This document shows, in pieces, positions 26,951 through 39,549 of a DNA stretch of 64,000 bases (the first letter of the stretch is position 1; every line of letters starts with the position of its first letter). Position numbers and translations under genes: made by a program. Location of the stretch: assembly GCF_001194135.2 (NCBI RefSeq), contig NC_068986.1:2958991-3022990 (forward strand). The letters run 5' to 3'. Below the pieces are notes generated by a model. That model had not been told where the DNA came from and did no database searches. It was given only the letters and a program-made list of their open reading frames with translations. This DNA is from Octopus bimaculoides (lineage: Eukaryota).

Positions 26951-27319
26951 TTTGCAAGCGGTATTTTTTGACTTACCTCCCTCACTGTCTCTCTATCTGC
27001 CTGTCTCTCTTCTCTCCCTCTCTCTCTCCCTTCCCTCTTCTCCCCCTCTCTCTACTTATTTCTCTTATCACTTTTAATCTTGCTCTTGTTTTCTGTTGTT
27101 CTTGTTTTACTTATTGTTTTGATTGTTATTGTTATGCTATACTTTAAAACGACTTCCTTCTTCAAATGTATGATTAGGTCCTTTTTTTTTTTCATGGTCT
27201 TAATATAGAATATGGAAACAGGTAAACAGAAATGAGGGGAGAAGAAGGAGTACAGCAACAATAACAACAACAAGAATCAAAGGATTAAGAGGATCTGTGA
27301 TGTTCAATCACTTTCGATT

Positions 27320-27490
27320 AGTCGTGGCTGCATGAGAAGAGATTTACTTTTCAAACTCCATAGTTCTGGGTTCAGTCCCAATGTATGACACCTTGAGCGA
27401 ATGTCTTCTACTGCAGCCCCGGTCCAACCAAAGCCTTGTGAGTGGATCTGGTACACGGAAACTGAAAGAAGCCCTTCCTGTACACATACA
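27320..27490 (+). mobile_element. SINE family C
   Basis: gtggctg...gggttcagtccca...ccaaagccttgtgagtggat.tggta.acggaaactgaaagaagccc. Confidence 0.75.
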
Positions 27491-27529
<39 letters not shown>

Positions 27530-27638
27530 CACANNNNNNNNNNACACACACACACACACACACACAAACACATGCACTCACACACACATGCACATCTGTA
27601 TATATATATAGACAGATGTGTACATATTTGTGACTGCT

Positions 27639-27675
<37 letters not shown>

Positions 27676-27683
27676 TATATATA

Positions 27684-27723
<40 letters not shown>

Positions 27724-27739
27724 GTCGTTTGCGAGTGCT

Positions 27740-28140
27740 CTTCGAAACACATAATCCAGTACAACCTGCAGAACGGTCGGTTCGTCGGTGACTAACCTGG
27801 CAACCCTGCTAAGCTTGTAGGATGATTGGATGCCCATCAGGACGGAAAACAAAATCTGTCAAAGGGCCGATGAACTCATGAAAATCTAACAGTCATCCAA
27901 TGCAGTGTATACAGGCTTTTAAACCTGTTATTTCTCATGGACAGCGGTCGTTCATGCAGCAATCATCCACAAAATGGTGATTTGGAGCGTAGAAAACACC
28001 GTGACTGCGCAGATAATCAATATGTTTTCAAAAAAGGGCTGGCACAACAGGTGCTGTCAGTAGAGAACCATGAGAATGAGAATGAAGGCATGGTGTACTA
28101 CATTACTGGGAGTGAGAGACCTCTAGACCTTGTCAGGACA
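27740..28140 (+). mobile_element. Possible RTE-type LINE 5' fragment
   Basis: UTR-like aaaatctgtcaaagggc.gatgaactc followed by a weak endonuclease-like translation (MVYYITGSE), truncated by the hAT MITE. Confidence 0.3.
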
Positions 28141-28151
28141 TCACTCTAGGG

Positions 28152-28504
28152 CAGTGGTTCTCAACCGGGGTCAATATGGGTCTATATAAGATTGTTGGTG
28201 GCCCACCCAACAAACTAATAAATTGAGGACCCACAATAGTATTTTAAGAGCCCCTGGAAAAATTTGGCATTAGATGTATGTATTGGTATTTATTGCAAGT
28301 AACACCTCGGTTCCTTTCTCTAACGTTTTACATCGTTCAACCTACACAAGTTAGTGTAGGAAAAGCAAAATAGGAATTTTGAAAGAAGTTTCTATAAAAC
28401 AAGTTTTTAAACATCGATAGGCTGTTGTGGGTCTACCAGAATAAGATAGTAATCTTATAGGGGTCCATAGATAAAAAAAAAAAAACAATGATTGGGAACC
28501 CCTG
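28152..28504. mobile_element. hAT/Charlie-type MITE
   Basis: Ends CAGTGGTTCTCAACC...GATTGGGAACCCCTG; the 8-bp flanks ctctaggg and ctctacaa resemble the Charlie NTCTAGAN target. Confidence 0.8.
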
Positions 28505-29007
28505 CTCTACAAGGTAAACTCTTATGTAACATCTGCGACTAGATGGTACCCAGAGATGACTAATACTTCTTAGAGTATCTGTTATTGTTGTTCAGAGAGT
28601 GGGATTGGGTATGTCGAGGGCCTCTCCTCACTTCAATGAGCAGCATGTACACGCATTGTTTGGTGCTTCAAGCGATGGCTATACTCGAGAACGAGGAAGC
28701 GACCATCATATATCTCTCTTTCCTTTCCTGAGCGTCCAATAATACTATCCATATCACGTCCTCACTTTGTTGTTTTTTTGTATTTTTGTTATTGTTTTTT
28801 TTTAACTATATATANNNNNNNNNNNNNNNNNNNNNNNNNNNNNNNNNNNNNNNNNNNNNNNNNNNNNNNNNNNNNNNNNNNNNNNNNNNNNNNNNNNNNN
28901 NNNNNNNNNNNNNNNNNNNNNNNNNNNNNNNNNNNNNNNNNNNNNNNNNNNNNNNNNNNNNNNNNNNNNNNNNNNNNNNNNNNNNNNNNNNNNNNNNNNN
29001 NNNNNNN

Positions 29008-29063
<56 letters not shown>

Positions 29064-29386
29064 GTATATGTATATATATGCACACATACATACATGTATA
29101 TATGTGTGCGTATGTGGGTGTGTATATACGTGTGAGTGTGAGTGCGTGCGTGTGAGTATATTTGTTCCCCACTCCCGTTTGACAATCGGCATTGGTTTAT
29201 TTACGTCGGCAAAATAATAATAAGACAAAATGGGTACTGGATTAGATTTCTTCACCTTAACCCGTCCAGGCTGTACTCCAGCCTCGCCGCAGCCCAATCT
29301 CTGAAACACGATAGACTTAGGGTTTTAGCGAAGTAACAAGAAACGGAGCGAATCGAACTGAAGCCGGGCTGTAGTTCTTGACTCAC

Positions 29387-29396
29387 CGTCCGGCAT
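29387..29396 (-). CDS. Candidate first coding exon (M-P-D-x), product unknown
   Basis: gagtaacaATGCCGGACG|gtgagt in a locally CpG-rich unique stretch (29260-29430). Confidence 0.3.
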
Positions 29397-29734
29397 TGTT
29401 ACTCAACCAGCGCACGGCTTTGTTTAGCGTCGTCTAAATAAAAAGTTGATTTATAATGCAAAAAAAGAAACCAAAGAAAAAACGAAAAGAAAGAAAGCCC
29501 CCCAAAAAACATTATGAAATGTCAATATTTGTTTATTACGTTGTCTGCGATGTCTTTTCTTTTGTCTCTTTATCTTTAAAAGTTTTTTCTAACGTGTCCT
29601 GACTCGGGGTCAACATGACCAAGTGCAACGAATTGTTAAACCGTCAAACACGTGTTGGGATCATGACAAGGACAACGCTATTAATCTTATTGTTATATTA
29701 TTGTTGTATATACATTTTCTCTTTTGTTCTTTTT

Positions 29735-29886
29735 CTTGTTTCAGTCATTAGACAGCGGCCATGCTGGGGCACTGCCTTGAAGGGTTTTTAAGCCTAGTAC
29801 TAATTCTATCGGTCAATTTTGCCGAAACACTAAGTTAATGGGACGTAAACACACTAAAACTGGTGGTGGTGGGGGGGGACAGATAC

Positions 29887-29890
<4 letters not shown>
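29735..29890 (+). mobile_element. SINE family B
   Basis: ttgtttcagtcattagacagcggccatgctgggg...aagcctagtactaattctatcgg. Confidence 0.8.
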
Positions 29891-29949
<59 letters not shown>

Positions 29950-29953
<4 letters not shown>

Positions 29954-30128
29954 TTCAAAGGGCCAGCCTTGTCACACTGTGTCACGCTGAATCTCCCCCA
30001 AGAATAACGTTATGGGTACACGTATCTGTGGAGTGCTCAGCCACTTGCACATTGATGTCACGAGCAGACTGTTCAGTTGATCGGATCAATTGGAACCCTC
30101 GTCGTCGTAACCGACGGAGTACCAGTTT
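29950..30128 (+). mobile_element. SINE family D, core and tail
   Basis: gtatttcaaagggccagccttgtcacact.tgtcacgctgaatct...gttgatcggatcaa.tggaaccctcgtcgtcg; a fuller copy is at 36960-37265. Confidence 0.8.
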
Positions 30129-30243
30129 AGTCACATACCAGGTCTACAATTATTTATTCACAATTAAATCATCTCAAAATGCGCATAAAATACATCTGTT
30201 CGTGTGAGTATGTATGCATACGTATGTACATACACATACACAT

Positions 30244-30333
<90 letters not shown>

Positions 30334-30734
30334 TCATATATGTATACACACGTAGATTGATACGCACATGATCATACATACACATTATACATATGCAAGT
30401 AGATATATGTTTAAGTATTTATATATGCATATATGATATAGTACGAATACAATGAACAGTAACAAAAGCCAACACATGAGCCACAACAAAGTTTGACAAA
30501 TAGGGTATTAGTCTGCAATGTGTGTGTGTGTGTTTGTGCGAGTGTGTGTGTGTGTTTGTGTGCATGTATTTATATTATGCTTTCTCTGAAGAGTAAAGTA
30601 AGTAAAATTTTATTAAAGAAAAAGAGAAAAAATAGACTTTCAAAATATAAAAAATGGAGGGTAAGAAAGATTTGTTAATTTGTATAATTTAACTGTTAAA
30701 TGGTACTGCTTGAGAGTGGGGCATACATACTCAC

Positions 30735-30783
30735 ACGAACAGTGGATTTTCATCGATGAGTTCATGAACCTTGGTTCTTTTCC
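30735..30783 (-). CDS. Candidate 49-nt internal exon (xKRTKVHELIDENPLFx or GKEPRFMNSSMKIHCS)
   Basis: Acceptor tagttttag| and donor |gtgagtatg; two of three frames are open; the protein is not recognised. Confidence 0.35.
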
Positions 30784-30787
30784 CTAA

Positions 30788-30825
<38 letters not shown>

Positions 30826-31263
30826 AAAAACACAACAAACAAAATTCTATAATATAACAAACAGAAAATTCGTAACCAATTTTTCGTCAGTCAACGTCCA
30901 AAAGATCCTTACAATTTCGCGCCTTTAACGTTGTTATCTTTCACCTCTGGGGGCACCAGTGGCGGAGAGCCATTGGGAATAGCTAAGAAACATACAGGAC
31001 AATGGCAAAACTATATACGTATACGCACACACATACACACATGTATATACATACATATGTATGAATGTATATGAACTGTCATATCACATAAGCTAGTTAA
31101 ACCATAGCTTGGGCCCTTAGAGGTACCTATTACGGGTCAGAGTAGACCTGGGAACAACAGTGGTCAAGCGATGATTCCACACTCTTGAAAACCTTAGAAC
31201 TCCCGAAAGCAGATCTCTACAAGATGCAGTTTAAAGTCATACCCAGAGTACAACAGACATATA

Positions 31264-31312
<49 letters not shown>

Positions 31313-31379
31313 TTAATTACAAAAATACAACAGGATTTTTAAAAGATCGAATGATCATGAGGATCCATCCGAGTAAAAT

Positions 31380-32130
31380 AGGAATCAAAGAGACTCATAG
31401 GCAAAAAAAAAAAAAAAAAACGGATGAGAACCGTTTAGTCTTGTGTTTGCAGAGTGTTTTTGAGTAGAAATGGTCCGATGACTTTTCTTTTGGACACATC
31501 TAGGACGATAAGGTATTGGTGTTATCTCAGGCAACATAGCTGTGGTCTAGTGCAGAGAGACATCAGGGTAACGCCGTTAGTAATATGATGAGAGTGTGTC
31601 AGAGAATACACAGAGGGTGCCTACTAGTGGCGTGTGGTCTGTGTGTAGCCTTGTTGCTAGTTCTTGGGTTAATGGGTAAAGCATAACTTGACGTATGTGA
31701 GCGCTTTCGGGTCTATAAGCATTCATCAGACGTTCTATGGTGGTTATTGCTACCTGCGTTGGCTAGAGGAGGTCCTGGAGTTAGTAAATGAAATTCCAGC
31801 TGTGAAGTTCATTCTGGTTGAGGCTGGGCGCCTTCTTCATGATGCAATATGCCTCTCTTACTCGTAGACTAAACGCATCTGTTCCCCTGTTCAGTATAGT
31901 CGAACCTATATATCATCTCCCGCAAGTACAGGTCATCTCGTATATCACGTGAGTTTGAAAGCACAGCCGGACGCTGTCCGTTGGCTTTTAGGCTTTGATG
32001 GGGCATTGGTTCAGACATGTGTCCTGTATGGTGTTGTTGTGGGAGAGGTGGTGTCACCGTACTATTAACGGCGTTACCCTGTCGTCTCTCTCTGTACTGG
32101 ACATCTAGGAAGGTCTCGTGTTTTTGCTTT
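31380..32130 (-). mobile_element. Rearranged Penelope-like retroelement remnant
   Basis: GIY-YIG endonuclease translation LCFQTHVIYEMTCTCGR*YIGST fused to ILNRGTDAFSLRVREAYCIMKKAPSLNQ; RT-like TFLDV; approximately 45-bp inverted repeat at 31545-31592 vs 32052-32100. Confidence 0.85.
31695..31733 (-). ncRNA. Type I hammerhead motif downstream of the Penelope GIY-YIG end (decayed stem II)
   Basis: ACGU-CUGAUGA-AUGCUUAUAGACCC-GAAAG-CG-CUC/ACAU; the stem III palindrome is AGCGCU. Confidence 0.65.
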
Positions 32131-32467
32131 TTAATTTCTTTTGTGTATAGCCACACCAACCACTGTCCCAGACGTGGGAAGGATTTTTTTTGTTTTTTTT
32201 TGCTTGTATGCGTATCATTGTCCCATATTTGGAAGGTTGTTTTTTTGTGTGTGTGTAGCCATACAAGCATCACCAGATTTTTTTTTTTAGCTTTGTAGAG
32301 TATCTGCAGGTGATCAGAGCTAATATTTTCTGGTTTTATATTTACCAGTTATGAAAAGGTAATTTGAAGGATGTAAAATAAACATTAATGAGTCAAAGTT
32401 ATAAAACTCGATAAAACATATTTACATCAAGATTTTTTTTATCACACACTATTGTTAGTTTTTCTTT

Positions 32468-32511
<44 letters not shown>

Positions 32512-32525
32512 TATTATTATTATTA

Positions 32526-32560
32526 CTAGTGTACCCGTGCCGTCAGAAATGACGGCATGA
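32526..32560 (-). mobile_element. Helitron-type 3' terminus
   Basis: Minus strand hairpin GCCGTCA-TTTC-TGACGGC, then a short spacer and CTAG followed by T. Confidence 0.55.
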
Positions 32561-33027
32561 AAATGATACGGAAAATAAAAGCATTACAACCTTTATCTCA
32601 GTAATTGCATAATACCTTGTTTATTTAATAATAAATCAATATCACTTTGTTTTTTTTTTTAAACAAAGGTACAAGGTGACACAACTGGGAGAAGCAGTCG
32701 TTTATCAAATCAGCACCACTATTTTAATAGCCTGGGATTTTCTGTTATTCATTATTCAGGGTCGAATAAAAAATACCTACCAATGACATTAAAAGTTTGT
32801 CTGTCCAATAGACAACTACACGTTTTCAACGAATACGTTTTGGGGCGTTGTGACAATGCAGTAAATCAATATTAAAAATATAGTTTAATTCAGCAGTAAA
32901 ACAACTGCTGATGTAAGGTCTTTTTGATAGCATTCAATTCTTGCACGATGTCTATTTTGAGCTTGTGGCGGCTGCAGCGGTGGTGGTGGTGGTGGTGGTA
33001 GTCAAGGAAATTACTATTGTTACCCAC

Positions 33028-33049
33028 CTTGTGGAGAATACTGATGAAT
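33028..33049 (-). CDS. Candidate 22-nt micro-exon (IHQYSPQ or FISILHK)
   Basis: attaaatag|attcatcagtattctccacaag|gtgggt; it splices in frame to 30783 in either open frame. Confidence 0.25.
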
Positions 33050-33704
33050 CTATTTAATGTCATACACAAGAGTTTACATAACGACATACACAAAGGTGTA
33101 TCATGCCTTCTTCGTGACTAATCACCGTAAATGTTTTTTTTGTTTCTTTTTCTTTTTTGCTTTTTTTTTACTTGAGAAACTGGTCGTGCCACCAAATCTA
33201 TTTCGACCAGTCGCTGTTAGTGTTTGTGTCATGCAGTTTTAAACACCTGGTTTATGCTTCGTTCTTAATTTAGACCAATAGTCTATAATTTGCTCTTATT
33301 AATGATAAAACGGTTAACGACTGATAATTTGTTGTGCCAAAGAAGGAGCTCCCACGTAATTAGTCGACCTGCGACAAATAGCGACCAGGTCTTCTTCTAA
33401 CTACACCCTACTCTTTTTGAAAAGGATACAACAGTTGATGTTTTCTGTAGTTCACTATTCCTTAGGCCTAAGAATCATAAGGCCAAACTTTAACTCGGTC
33501 CAGAAATCGAGACCACGATCTTACGATCGTGAGTGCAACATTCTCACAACTAAGATACGCACCTTCAAACACCATATCTGACTGGTATTTATTTTCCAAT
33601 GAAAACGAAAGGTAAAAGTCAGCCACAGCATAGTTCAGAATTTGCAACAATTTGTCTGACGTTCTCACTACTTGTCCAATGCGGATATTGTCTTTAATTT
33701 AGGC

Positions 33705-33895
33705 TGGCAATTTTTCAAGGGAGGTGAGCTCGTCGATTACAAGCGATCATTACTGGACTGGATCTGTATTTTATTGCTCCTGAAAGGATGAGAGACAAAG
33801 TTGACCGTGGCGGGATTTGAACACAGAACGTGAAGTGCTGGAAGAAATACTGCAACGCATTTGTCCGCATCTCTAACGATTCTGCCAATCCACTA
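33705..33895 (-). mobile_element. SINE family A
   Basis: Reverse-complement core ggatga.agacaaagttgacc...ggatttgaac.cagaacg...ctaacgattctgcca. Confidence 0.75.
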
Positions 33896-34321
33896 CGTTC
33901 TGTATGCATAAATATAAATGCGGTAGAATCTCACAAATGTAAAACAGAGAGGTGAAAAACTATGATCGACTGATATAATCCACGTAATTAGTAGATAAAA
34001 ACTCCATCTAGAAGTGTTTAAAATAAAGAAAACAACAAGCAGGAAAGATAACTGAAATAAGATCAGGACTTCTAAATGTTTGGAGATCATAGGTAAACCA
34101 GAGGCAGACTTTGTCTTAAAAACCAAATGGTGAACGCAACAGGCATGTTTCGTTCTTATTATGGCTCCTCAGCGAAACGTATTTTTCATATCGGGAGAAT
34201 CTGTATGTGATATAGTTTACTGGCGAGATATACAACAAAGATGATGATGACAACAACATCTCTTCAACATGTTGTTGTATCTTGAGAGGGCCATTATGCC
34301 AATAATAAACACACGCTCTAG

Positions 34322-34712
34322 TACTATTTCACTTCTTTCTTTATAACTCAACTAGTTAAATATTTGCCCAATTAACTAATTGATTGCTTCACTATTTGTT
34401 CGGTCAGTCAACAGTCTGCTAGGGTTGTCAAAGTCCTTTCGTTTGTCATTTGCCCCCTCATCAATGGTAAGCACTCTCTACTTCAGGTCTGCTCCAACTT
34501 TGTTCAGGAGTCAGATAGACCTGAAGCAGACCTAAGATAGAGAGGGCACATCATAGACCTGACATAGAGAGGTAGCAAATAGCAACGAAAGAACTCTGAC
34601 GAACCCAGCTAATTGATTAATTAACAGAACAGTTAATCAAACAAGTGATTAACTAATTAGTTTAAATAGTTAAACGTTGACTAACAATAATTAATGAAGT
34701 AAAATAAAACCA
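34322..34712. repeat. Approximately 390-bp degenerate palindrome
   Basis: ggttgtcaaagtcctttcgtttgtcatttgc vs the reverse complement of gcaaatagcaacgaaagaactctgacgaacc; central cttcaggtct/agacctgaag; AT-rich outer arms also pair. Confidence 0.7.
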
Positions 34713-35519
34713 GGACACGTTTATTACTGGTAACTTGACCTTCCAAAAATACATAATTTTTTTTCATTAAACTATAAGTTTATTAGTAGAAGTTATCTAG
34801 CTTTAATGGGAGTTCTTAGAACATCATCTTTATAAGTTCTCTTTATTAAATGTGTCCTTTTATGAAGACGTAGGGTGCAGTTCGAAGAAAATTTGTGTAT
34901 TATTTTTAGCAGGCCGAACGACCACATAGAGATTACTTCGTATCACCTTGTTGTCATCATTGTTGTTTCTGCTTTTGTTGCTTAAACGCAGGTGTTCTGC
35001 CAATGTGTAGACCTTTGACCAAAGGCATTTCAACAGTGACGTGACTATCTCTTATTTTTAGAGAAAGTATTATCTTAGACAATGTTTTCCAGGGTCCATT
35101 TATGTTTGTTTTTGAGCCGGGAGGCTGTGATAGGAGGAAAATTTTAGGAGTTATTTCTAGTAGATCGAATGACCACATAGAAGCGCCCTATGTTAGTTTC
35201 AAAGAGACAATATTTGAAGAGCTAGACGGAGCAGGGGTAGACGAGATCAATATTCTTGTTCTTGAATGTTTTGCATGTTTGGAGAGACAGACATTTCCCC
35301 AATATATGCGAACTGAATCTCCGATAAACATTGCATGCATATATACATGTGTGTGTGCGTGCGTATGTGTTTGTGTGTGTGCGTGCGTATGTGTTTGTGT
35401 GTGTGTGTTTTATACACGGATATACGCGCAGAGACAGGTACACACGCAACAACAATAAGAACAACACACAGACATTATCTGTCTCCGCTACACATATTCA
35501 CACAAACGCGTGCGCGCGA

Positions 35520-35931
35520 ACACATTCTCTGGCTTCCTATCTCTGCCTGTCCCCGTCTCACTTTTCCTTTCCCTCCTTCTCTCCTCTCCGCTCTCTCTCT
35601 CTCTCTCTCTCTCTTTTTCTCTCTTACACATGCATTCTTTCTCTCTTTCCCTCTTCCCCTCTCTTCCCATCTACCTCCTTTCTCTCTTCCTTCTCTTTCC
35701 CTCACTCTCCCTTACAAACACCCATACGCACACACATTCATCCTCTCTCTCTTACACTCGCATGTATACACATTTTCTCTCTCTCTTTCTCTCTCTCTCA
35801 CTCCCCCTCTCTCTCTCTCTCGCTTTCTTAAACACACACAAGCATATGTACACTTATTTTAAACAAGAACAAAAAATCTAACATTTAAAGATAAACAAAT
35901 CTTGACCAGTTAAATACAAACAAGCACACAT

Positions 35932-35965
<34 letters not shown>

Positions 35966-35969
35966 TCCT

Positions 35970-36010
<41 letters not shown>
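35520..36010. repeat. Polypyrimidine (CT)n-rich tract
   Basis: Direct reading. Confidence 0.9.
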
Positions 36011-36614
36011 CACACACACACGCACACATCAGAACTTAAATTTCATTTGATTTTGCTTGAAGCAAATAATTGCACTTATGATAGCTATTGCTGTAGTTGT
36101 TGTTGTTGTTTTATATGTCGTGGTAGCAAGAAGAGAGTGGGGCGTGGTGGTAGGAGATAGATTACCTAGCAACTAGGACAACCGCCAAACTAAGTACTTT
36201 CTGCTACATAGTTATATCCCTTTAGTGTTTTGAGTTGAAATACCACCTGGGTCAGCTTAACCTCTGATCATTCGTAGTTACTGTAATCGTTGCTTTTGCA
36301 GTTACTATTTTGTCTAAGGTCTGCTCTGGTCAAACTAAACTATGATGACAGATATTCCATTTACCCCGGCTATCCCGTTTACCCCGGCTCAGGTAAAGAT
36401 TACCCAGGGCCACATCGTTACATGAGTAATTGAAATAGGAGATAATCCGTCCCAAGCTACATCCAAACTTCCTATAAAAGCATGAAATTATGTTTTATTT
36501 GTCCATCCAACAATAGCAAATACATAAATATATACGCATATGTATGTATGTATGTGTCTGAATGTGCATGTGTGTGCGCTACGTATATGTTTGTTTGTGT
36601 GTGTGCGTGTGTGT

Positions 36615-36704
<90 letters not shown>

Positions 36705-36959
36705 CCGTTATTTTGCTTCTGTCGAACCATGGCCGTGTTGTTAGCAAAATATGCGTGATATATTTTTTTCTGTATAAAGTACGAAAATTTGCAAGCCACA
36801 TGAAATGCATGCATGGACATTAACAAACCGTTTGTGCACGCTCTCGCGGCCATTTATATGCGTGCGTTGTCCATTCATAGTTTGTTGTTCGAATTTTAGT
36901 TCGTTGGTCGAACAGAATTTTCTGCAAAAAAACTTCCCACCACACAACTTATCTATGAA

Positions 36960-37265
36960 GGCGCATGACTTTGTGATTAGAGGTATTCGGCTTGCGATCG
37001 TAAGGTCGTGAGCTCGACTCCCGGTCGCGTGTTGTGTTCTTGTGCAAGGTACGTTTTTTCACGTTGTTCCAATCCACTCAGCTGGGGAAAATGAGTTGTA
37101 CCTGTATTTCAAAGGTCGGCCTTGTCACATTCTGTGTCATTCTGTGTCACGCTGAATCTGTTCGAGAACTACGTCAAAGGTGTGCGTGTCAAACTTCACG
37201 AGCAGGCTGTTCTGTTGATCGGATGTCCTTGGACCCTTGTCGTCGCAATCAAGGGAGTGACACAC
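36960..37265 (+). mobile_element. tRNA-derived SINE family D
   Basis: tRNA-like head (gtgattagaggtattcggcttgcgatcgtaaggtcgtgagctcgactccc) plus the core shared with 29950-30128. Confidence 0.8.
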
Positions 37266-38203
37266 ATACAATTTGTCTATTTAGCGTACGCTTGTATATA
37301 CTCTCCTGGCACTTATACGTTTGCTTAACTTACTCTTAGTTTGTTGCTCAAATACCAGATCGTCACGTGAATGAGATCTCACTTATTTGCGTGCGTAGAC
37401 TGTTTGTAATTCGTTCATCAAATTTCAGTTCGTTATACGAGTTTAATTTTCTTCAGAAATCAGTTCGACATTCGATTTATTCGTTGACAGACCTACTCAT
37501 ATATGGGTACTTCACTGCACACGTATGTATGTATGTATGTATGTATGTATGTATGTATGTATGTATGTATGTATGTGTATGCATGCATGTACGTATGTAT
37601 GTGTGTGTGTGTGTACATGTGTGTGTGTTTGGGTGTATACACACATACATGCACATACATATACCTACATATATATATGTATACACTTTTGAATCATTCG
37701 GTTTATTGTTAATATCAGGTCTTTTATTTCGTGTCCGTCTTGGCGATATTTTCAACAATATTTTATTTACAACAATATTTAATCAAGCGGAACTTGCTAA
37801 ATATTTACCTCGCCTGAGTTTATTATTTCAGTTTTGTATCCTCAAGAGGATACACCAATAAGATTTCATGGTCGAACATAATTTCTTTTGTTGTATGCTT
37901 CGGTTGGGACTGGAAATACCAGTAACCCATGATTATAGTTGTTTGCTTGTAAGAATTACGCATGTTTTATTATTTTCTTTAAAATGTAGTAAAACACGTA
38001 ATGACAACAATATTTCTATCCATTTAAATTCTGGCGTTTGCCGCCACTGACTTTCTACACTAAGCTATATTGTTAGGATAATGATTTTTTTCTTTTTGTT
38101 TTTCTCGCATTTACAATTCGATTTTTCGTGGTGCAGTACACATTCGATGTCTAGTCACCAAAATCGCGCGCGTGTGAGTGTGTACGAGTGTATGAGTGTG
38201 AAT

Positions 38204-38234
<31 letters not shown>

Positions 38235-38349
38235 CATACACATATAGATATACACACACACATACTGAAGAACAAAAAGACACACAATGAGAGGAACACA
38301 TTTTAACAAAAGTGTTATTAGTATTATGCATGAAAGGAGACGAAAAGAG

Positions 38350-38388
38350 TCTTCAACGTTTCGGACACGTGCTTTTCATCAGAAAAAA
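38350..38388 (-). ncRNA. Decayed type I hammerhead motif
   Basis: UUUUU-CUGAUGA-AAAGCACGUGUCC-GAAAC-GUU/GAAGA; the 5' arm of stem II is mutated. Confidence 0.45.
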
Positions 38389-38410
38389 AGAAAAGACATG
38401 AGGAAAGGTA

Positions 38411-38441
<31 letters not shown>

Positions 38442-38829
38442 TGTATGTGTGTGTGTTTATGTATATGCATAAGCTTAGCAGTCATTCGCTAGCGATTATT
38501 ACCTGATATTTGGTACCACGGTTCGCTAATCATTTCAAGGAGCTAACATAGACACGCCTTCAATCTTCTCATGCTTGATCTAAGAGATATGACAGCTGGA
38601 GAAGAGAAAGGGCTGCATTAGCAGTCGAATAATGCTTATGTTCAGCTGGACTAACGTGAAACGATACAACGACCCACCGGGTCCAGAAATCGAAGAGATG
38701 ACTTTATGAAGTAGATAAGCACACTTTGGACACAAAAAGAGAATATTTTACCGGGGCTAATAGGTTTGTATGTATATAAGCCGCTCATGTTTGTCTCCCG
38801 TTAGGTAACTTTTCATAGAAGAAATGCTT

Positions 38830-39470
38830 GAATTATGAAAGTCGGGACAACAATATCGCGAAGCCTTTCATCCGACGCCTTAGTGATTCGGTCAATCCTC
38901 CGTTATGGGACAAGACAAATTCCGCAGGGTTTTGATCTCAAAATTTAAAGAATCGGGACAAACACCGCAAAGCATTTTGTTTGGCGCTCTAACGCTTCGG
39001 TTTGTCTACCACCCTTGATTATATACAATAATTATTTCTAATTAAAGCAGAAGGCCACCAATTTTTGCGGAAAGCGGGTTAGTTGATTACAACGGCTCCA
39101 GTACTTGACTGGGACTTTATTTCATCAACACCGGAGAGATGAAAAGCTTAACTGACCTCGGCGGAAACTGAACTCAGAATGTAAGGAGCCGGAGAAAATA
39201 CCGCAAAGAATTTTTTCTACATTAACGATTGAGTGAGCTCGTCACGTTTGGTTTGTATATATATAAATGGTTTCTAATATTGGCACAAAGCCACACATTT
39301 TGTAAGAAGCAACCAAACAATCGATTTGATCAACTCCAATATTTGATTCGTTCTTACTTTTGAAACCTCGAAAGAGATGAAAGGCAATTTGACTCTAAGG
39401 TGAACGAACTCAAAATGTGAAGTATTTTATTCGCCAAGCTATCGCTTCTACTATCTTACGGACTTTGATA
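38830..39470 (-). mobile_element. Cluster of decayed SINE family A copies
   Basis: Three repeats of ...gacctcggcggaa..tgaactca.aat... type blocks. Confidence 0.65.
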
Positions 39471-39549
39471 CGCTCATAACAACATGCTAATGAACATTAT
39501 TTACCTTATTTACATTCGACGGATATTTGTCCTCATCTTGTTTGTTGTT

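Noticed and set aside
34141-34175. Minus-strand CUGAGGA-GCC...AAC-GAAAC motif
   Set aside because: Stem II is broken and no stem I pairing was found; it cannot be distinguished from chance
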